40,835 nucleotides of DNA from positions 1-40,835 of the forward strand of contig CAXXSM010000006.1 in assembly GCA_963663405.2 (NCBI GenBank). Reading direction: 5' to 3'. The DNA comes from a bacterium. Lineage in GTDB: Bacteria; Hinthialibacterota; Hinthialibacteria; Hinthialibacterales; Hinthialibacteraceae. Position 1 is the first letter of the stretch; each line of letters begins with the position of its first letter. The position numbers were made by a program, and so were the translations under genes. The notes below the pieces were generated by a model. It searched no databases. It was not told the DNA's origin and saw only the letters and a program-made list of their open reading frames with translations. Of the stretch, positions 37,901 to 40,835 are shown piece by piece.

Positions 37901-40617
37901 CAATATCCGGATTCGTCTCCGCATACTGGAATTGGATGTAGCGAGTCGCCGAGATAGTAAAACCATTGTCAACATTTGTATGCGCACTCAGTTCCAAACC
38001 ATGATTTCCTACAGGCAGCGGGGGTAGTAACTCATCTTGCTGAGCATCATAATGCCACCACTCATGATCTCCATATCCTTCGCTCGTTTGCCACCAGGAA
38101 GATTCAGGCCGTACCAGTCTCCACTGTTTATTTCCAGACCGAGCGAGTAGTCCTGAACGCTCAATGGAGTGCCATCATAAGTGAATCCATACGCGTCCCA
38201 CGTAAACGTTGGCGTCTGATTCGTAAGCAAGTCACAATGCGTGGGATGTGTCAAATTCGGCGCGGATCGAGGATAATCCTCCAACGTTCCAACCGTGTAT
38301 GAAGTTGTCTGATCACTGCTATCCCGTATTTCCACCACATACTCTCCAAGAATCGGCTCACCCGTATATGACCCCCAGGCATGGATGTGGTAACTGTTGC
38401 ACCCATTGGAATTGACTTCGATACTGTCGAAACTCAAATCCGTATCGCCAACTACACTCACTCTTATATCACTGATATCCATCCACTGAAATCACCGATC
38501 GCATCCACCCATGCATAAAATACATATGACGTGTCTATCTGGCCATTATAGTGATGAACGTGGTAATCAATAATCATATTCGAATCCACAATATCCGGAT
38601 TCGTCTCTGCAGACTGGAATTGAATATGTCGCGTCGCCCAGAAACTGAAAGCGCCGCCCGTTTCCATGAAAGCGCCCAGGCTCAAGCCGTGATTACCCAT
38701 TGGCAACGGTGGCAGGTATTCATCTTGTTGGGTGTTGTGATTCCACCATTCGTGATCCCCGTATACTTCGCTCGTTTGTCCGCCGGGAATCCATAGGTTG
38801 TATCCATCCCCGTTATAGATACCCAGGTCGAGTGAGTAGTTCTGCACGCTCAACGGATTCCCATCGTAACTGAATCCATATGCGTCCCAGGTAAAGGTTG
38901 GCGTCTGGGTCGCGATCAATTCGCAATGCGTAGGATACGTCAAATTCGGGGCGGTTTGCGGATATCCTAATAACGTTCCTAAAGAGTGTGAATCCGTCTC
39001 GAAATCATCATCTATGATAGAAACAATATATTCACCTAAGTTTGGATTGCCTGTATAAGATCCCCATACATGGATACCAGCATCTCCACCATTGATTTCG
39101 GTTTCGACTCCATCAATGTTTAAAACATCAACACCAACAGTGAGGGTAATATCACTTGGTTCAACATCACTAAAATTACCGGACGCCTCAATGTAGAGAT
39201 CAAAATTATATATATTATCAACGGAACCATTATAATAATTTTCATTGTAGGAAATAACAAAATGCGCATCGTTTATTGCGGCTTCCACATTTTCGCGGAC
39301 AAAAATATCTGAATGGTTATTGGTATCATTAGGAACTAGGTTAAAAGATCCTGATTCAAAAGCGATGTAACGCCCATCCGTTGAGATGGATGGTTCATAA
39401 CTCGAACCATCTCCTTGGTTGCTTAAAGAATCGACGCTGGCTAAGGTAGTGATCCCTGTTTGGCAATCATGAACAAAAATATCCCTATAATTTGTATCAT
39501 TAGAAATTAGATTATTAGCCTCTGATTCAAATGCAGCATAACGTCCATCCGGTGAGATGGATGGATCAGTACTATTTCCATTTCCTTGATTTCCCGATGA
39601 ATCGACACTAACACGAGTTGTGGTTCCAGCTTGGCAATCGCGTATAAAAATATCATTTTGACCGTTCGTATCTCCGGTGACTAAATTGTCTGCAATGGAA
39701 TTAAAGGCAATGAAACGCCCATCCGCTGAAATGGATGGATAATCACTTCCTCCGTTCCCCTGATTTCCAGAAGAATCGACACTCACTAGAGTTGTAGTCC
39801 CAGCCTGGCGATCGCGAACAAAGATATCACATTGACCATTCGTGTCATTCGAAACAAGGTTAGAAGCACGTGATGCAAAGGCGACATAACGCCCATCCGC
39901 TGAAATAGATGGATGATAACTGGCTCCATTACCCTCAATTCCTGATGAAGAAATACTCACTCTTATTGTGTTTCCCGTCTGACAATCGTGGACAAACACA
40001 TCATATGCATTATTCGTGTCGTCGACAACGAGATTATTAGATAGAGAATAAAAGGCGGCATAGCGCCCATGCTCTGAGATGGAGATCAAACCTCCTCCAT
40101 CGCCCCCTCCACGATCTCCTTCGGTTCCAGAAGAATCAACACTGACTCGAGTTGTGGATCCTGTCTGACAATCGTGAACGAAAACATCTGGCCAATTATT
40201 TGTATCTCCGGATACTAGATTATCAGCAAGTGATGAAAAAATAACAAAACGCCCATCCGCCGAGATGGATAGAGATGAACAGTCCCCATTCCCCTGATTT
40301 CCAGAAGAATCGACACTGACTCGGCTTGTAACTCCTGTCTGGCGATCGTGCACAAAAATATCAACATGACCGTTCGTATCATTTGGAACAAGATTATCTG
40401 CAAAAGAAGCAAAGGCGACATAACGTCCATCCGCTGAGATGGATGCGTACATGCTTCTAGAATCCCCTTCACTCCCCGAAGAATCGACGCTGACTCTAGT
40501 AGTCGTTTCCGCTTGAATATCCCCAGGCATAATGAATGCCCATATACATGCGATGATAAGAATAATCCGTGAACGAGACGCTTGAATTCGAGACAATCCC
40601 ATTTTGATGGAAGGCAT
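34931..40617 (-). CDS. Giant secreted protein (~1900 aa once repaired): TolB/PD40-like propeller, six tandem ~230-aa repeats, dockerin-like tag (copy 6, 34934-35131); three 1-base frameshifts
   Basis: PSISADGRYVAF.S.A.NLV..DTN...DIFV.D repeats; the four track ORFs join when indels at 38483, 38091 and 37013 are corrected against sister repeats. Confidence 0.85.
35140..39280 (-). repeat. Six tandem ~690-bp repeats
   Basis: Anchor TCCGGATT(C/G)GTCTC recurs near 35823, 36516, 37213, 37906 and 38594. Confidence 0.88.
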
Positions 40618-40835
40618 AGCAATCTTCTCCTATAGTTAGAGAATAATAAAATAATATAAAATTGGTTTTGGAGGGGATTCGCCACTCGCTCCACGTATTT
40701 CTATTGGCGACCAATTAAAGGAATACGCATCAGCGCTTCCATAAATAACAAAATACATGAATGCATGTTTTTTTTATATCATAATTTCATTAAAATAAAA
40801 GCCCTTTTATAAATAAATCAAAAAAAAGCAATAAT

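Noticed and set aside
1-40835. Reverse transcriptase, rRNA/tRNA, phage structural or glycoside hydrolase genes
   Set aside because: No supporting motifs seen in any frame of the ORF track

Overview
Bacterial accessory region in two halves. 1-14.2 kb is mobile DNA: a capsid-less P4/PICI-like integrative element (xis-like HTH, primase-helicase with GTGACAC iteron origin, SSB, AAA+ ATPase, ArdC, tyrosine integrase), then a tyrosine-recombinase + IS91-family (HUH/Y2) transposase element, then a membrane-anchored ParA-like gene cut by an IS3-family IS. 14.2-40.8 kb is a cluster of secreted/surface proteins. Six of them carry the same gap-free 66-aa dockerin-like tag: an LRR/C-lectin protein, a small Gly/Ser-rich protein, an FG-GAP propeller, two S8 proteases and a giant TolB-like propeller with six copies of an unassigned ~230-aa repeat. 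Among them is one cohesin-like gene whose C-terminal half resembles a thioester (TED) domain. I infer a non-cellulolytic, cellulosome-like adhesion/proteolysis complex. The cluster also holds a c-di-GMP-I riboswitch-controlled fibre-like protein whose FGE/CLec tip looks like a DGR variable region; no template repeat or reverse transcriptase is in the window. Several genes are split by single-base indels in short homopolymers, which may be sequencing errors. All domain calls come from motifs read by eye, without database searches.
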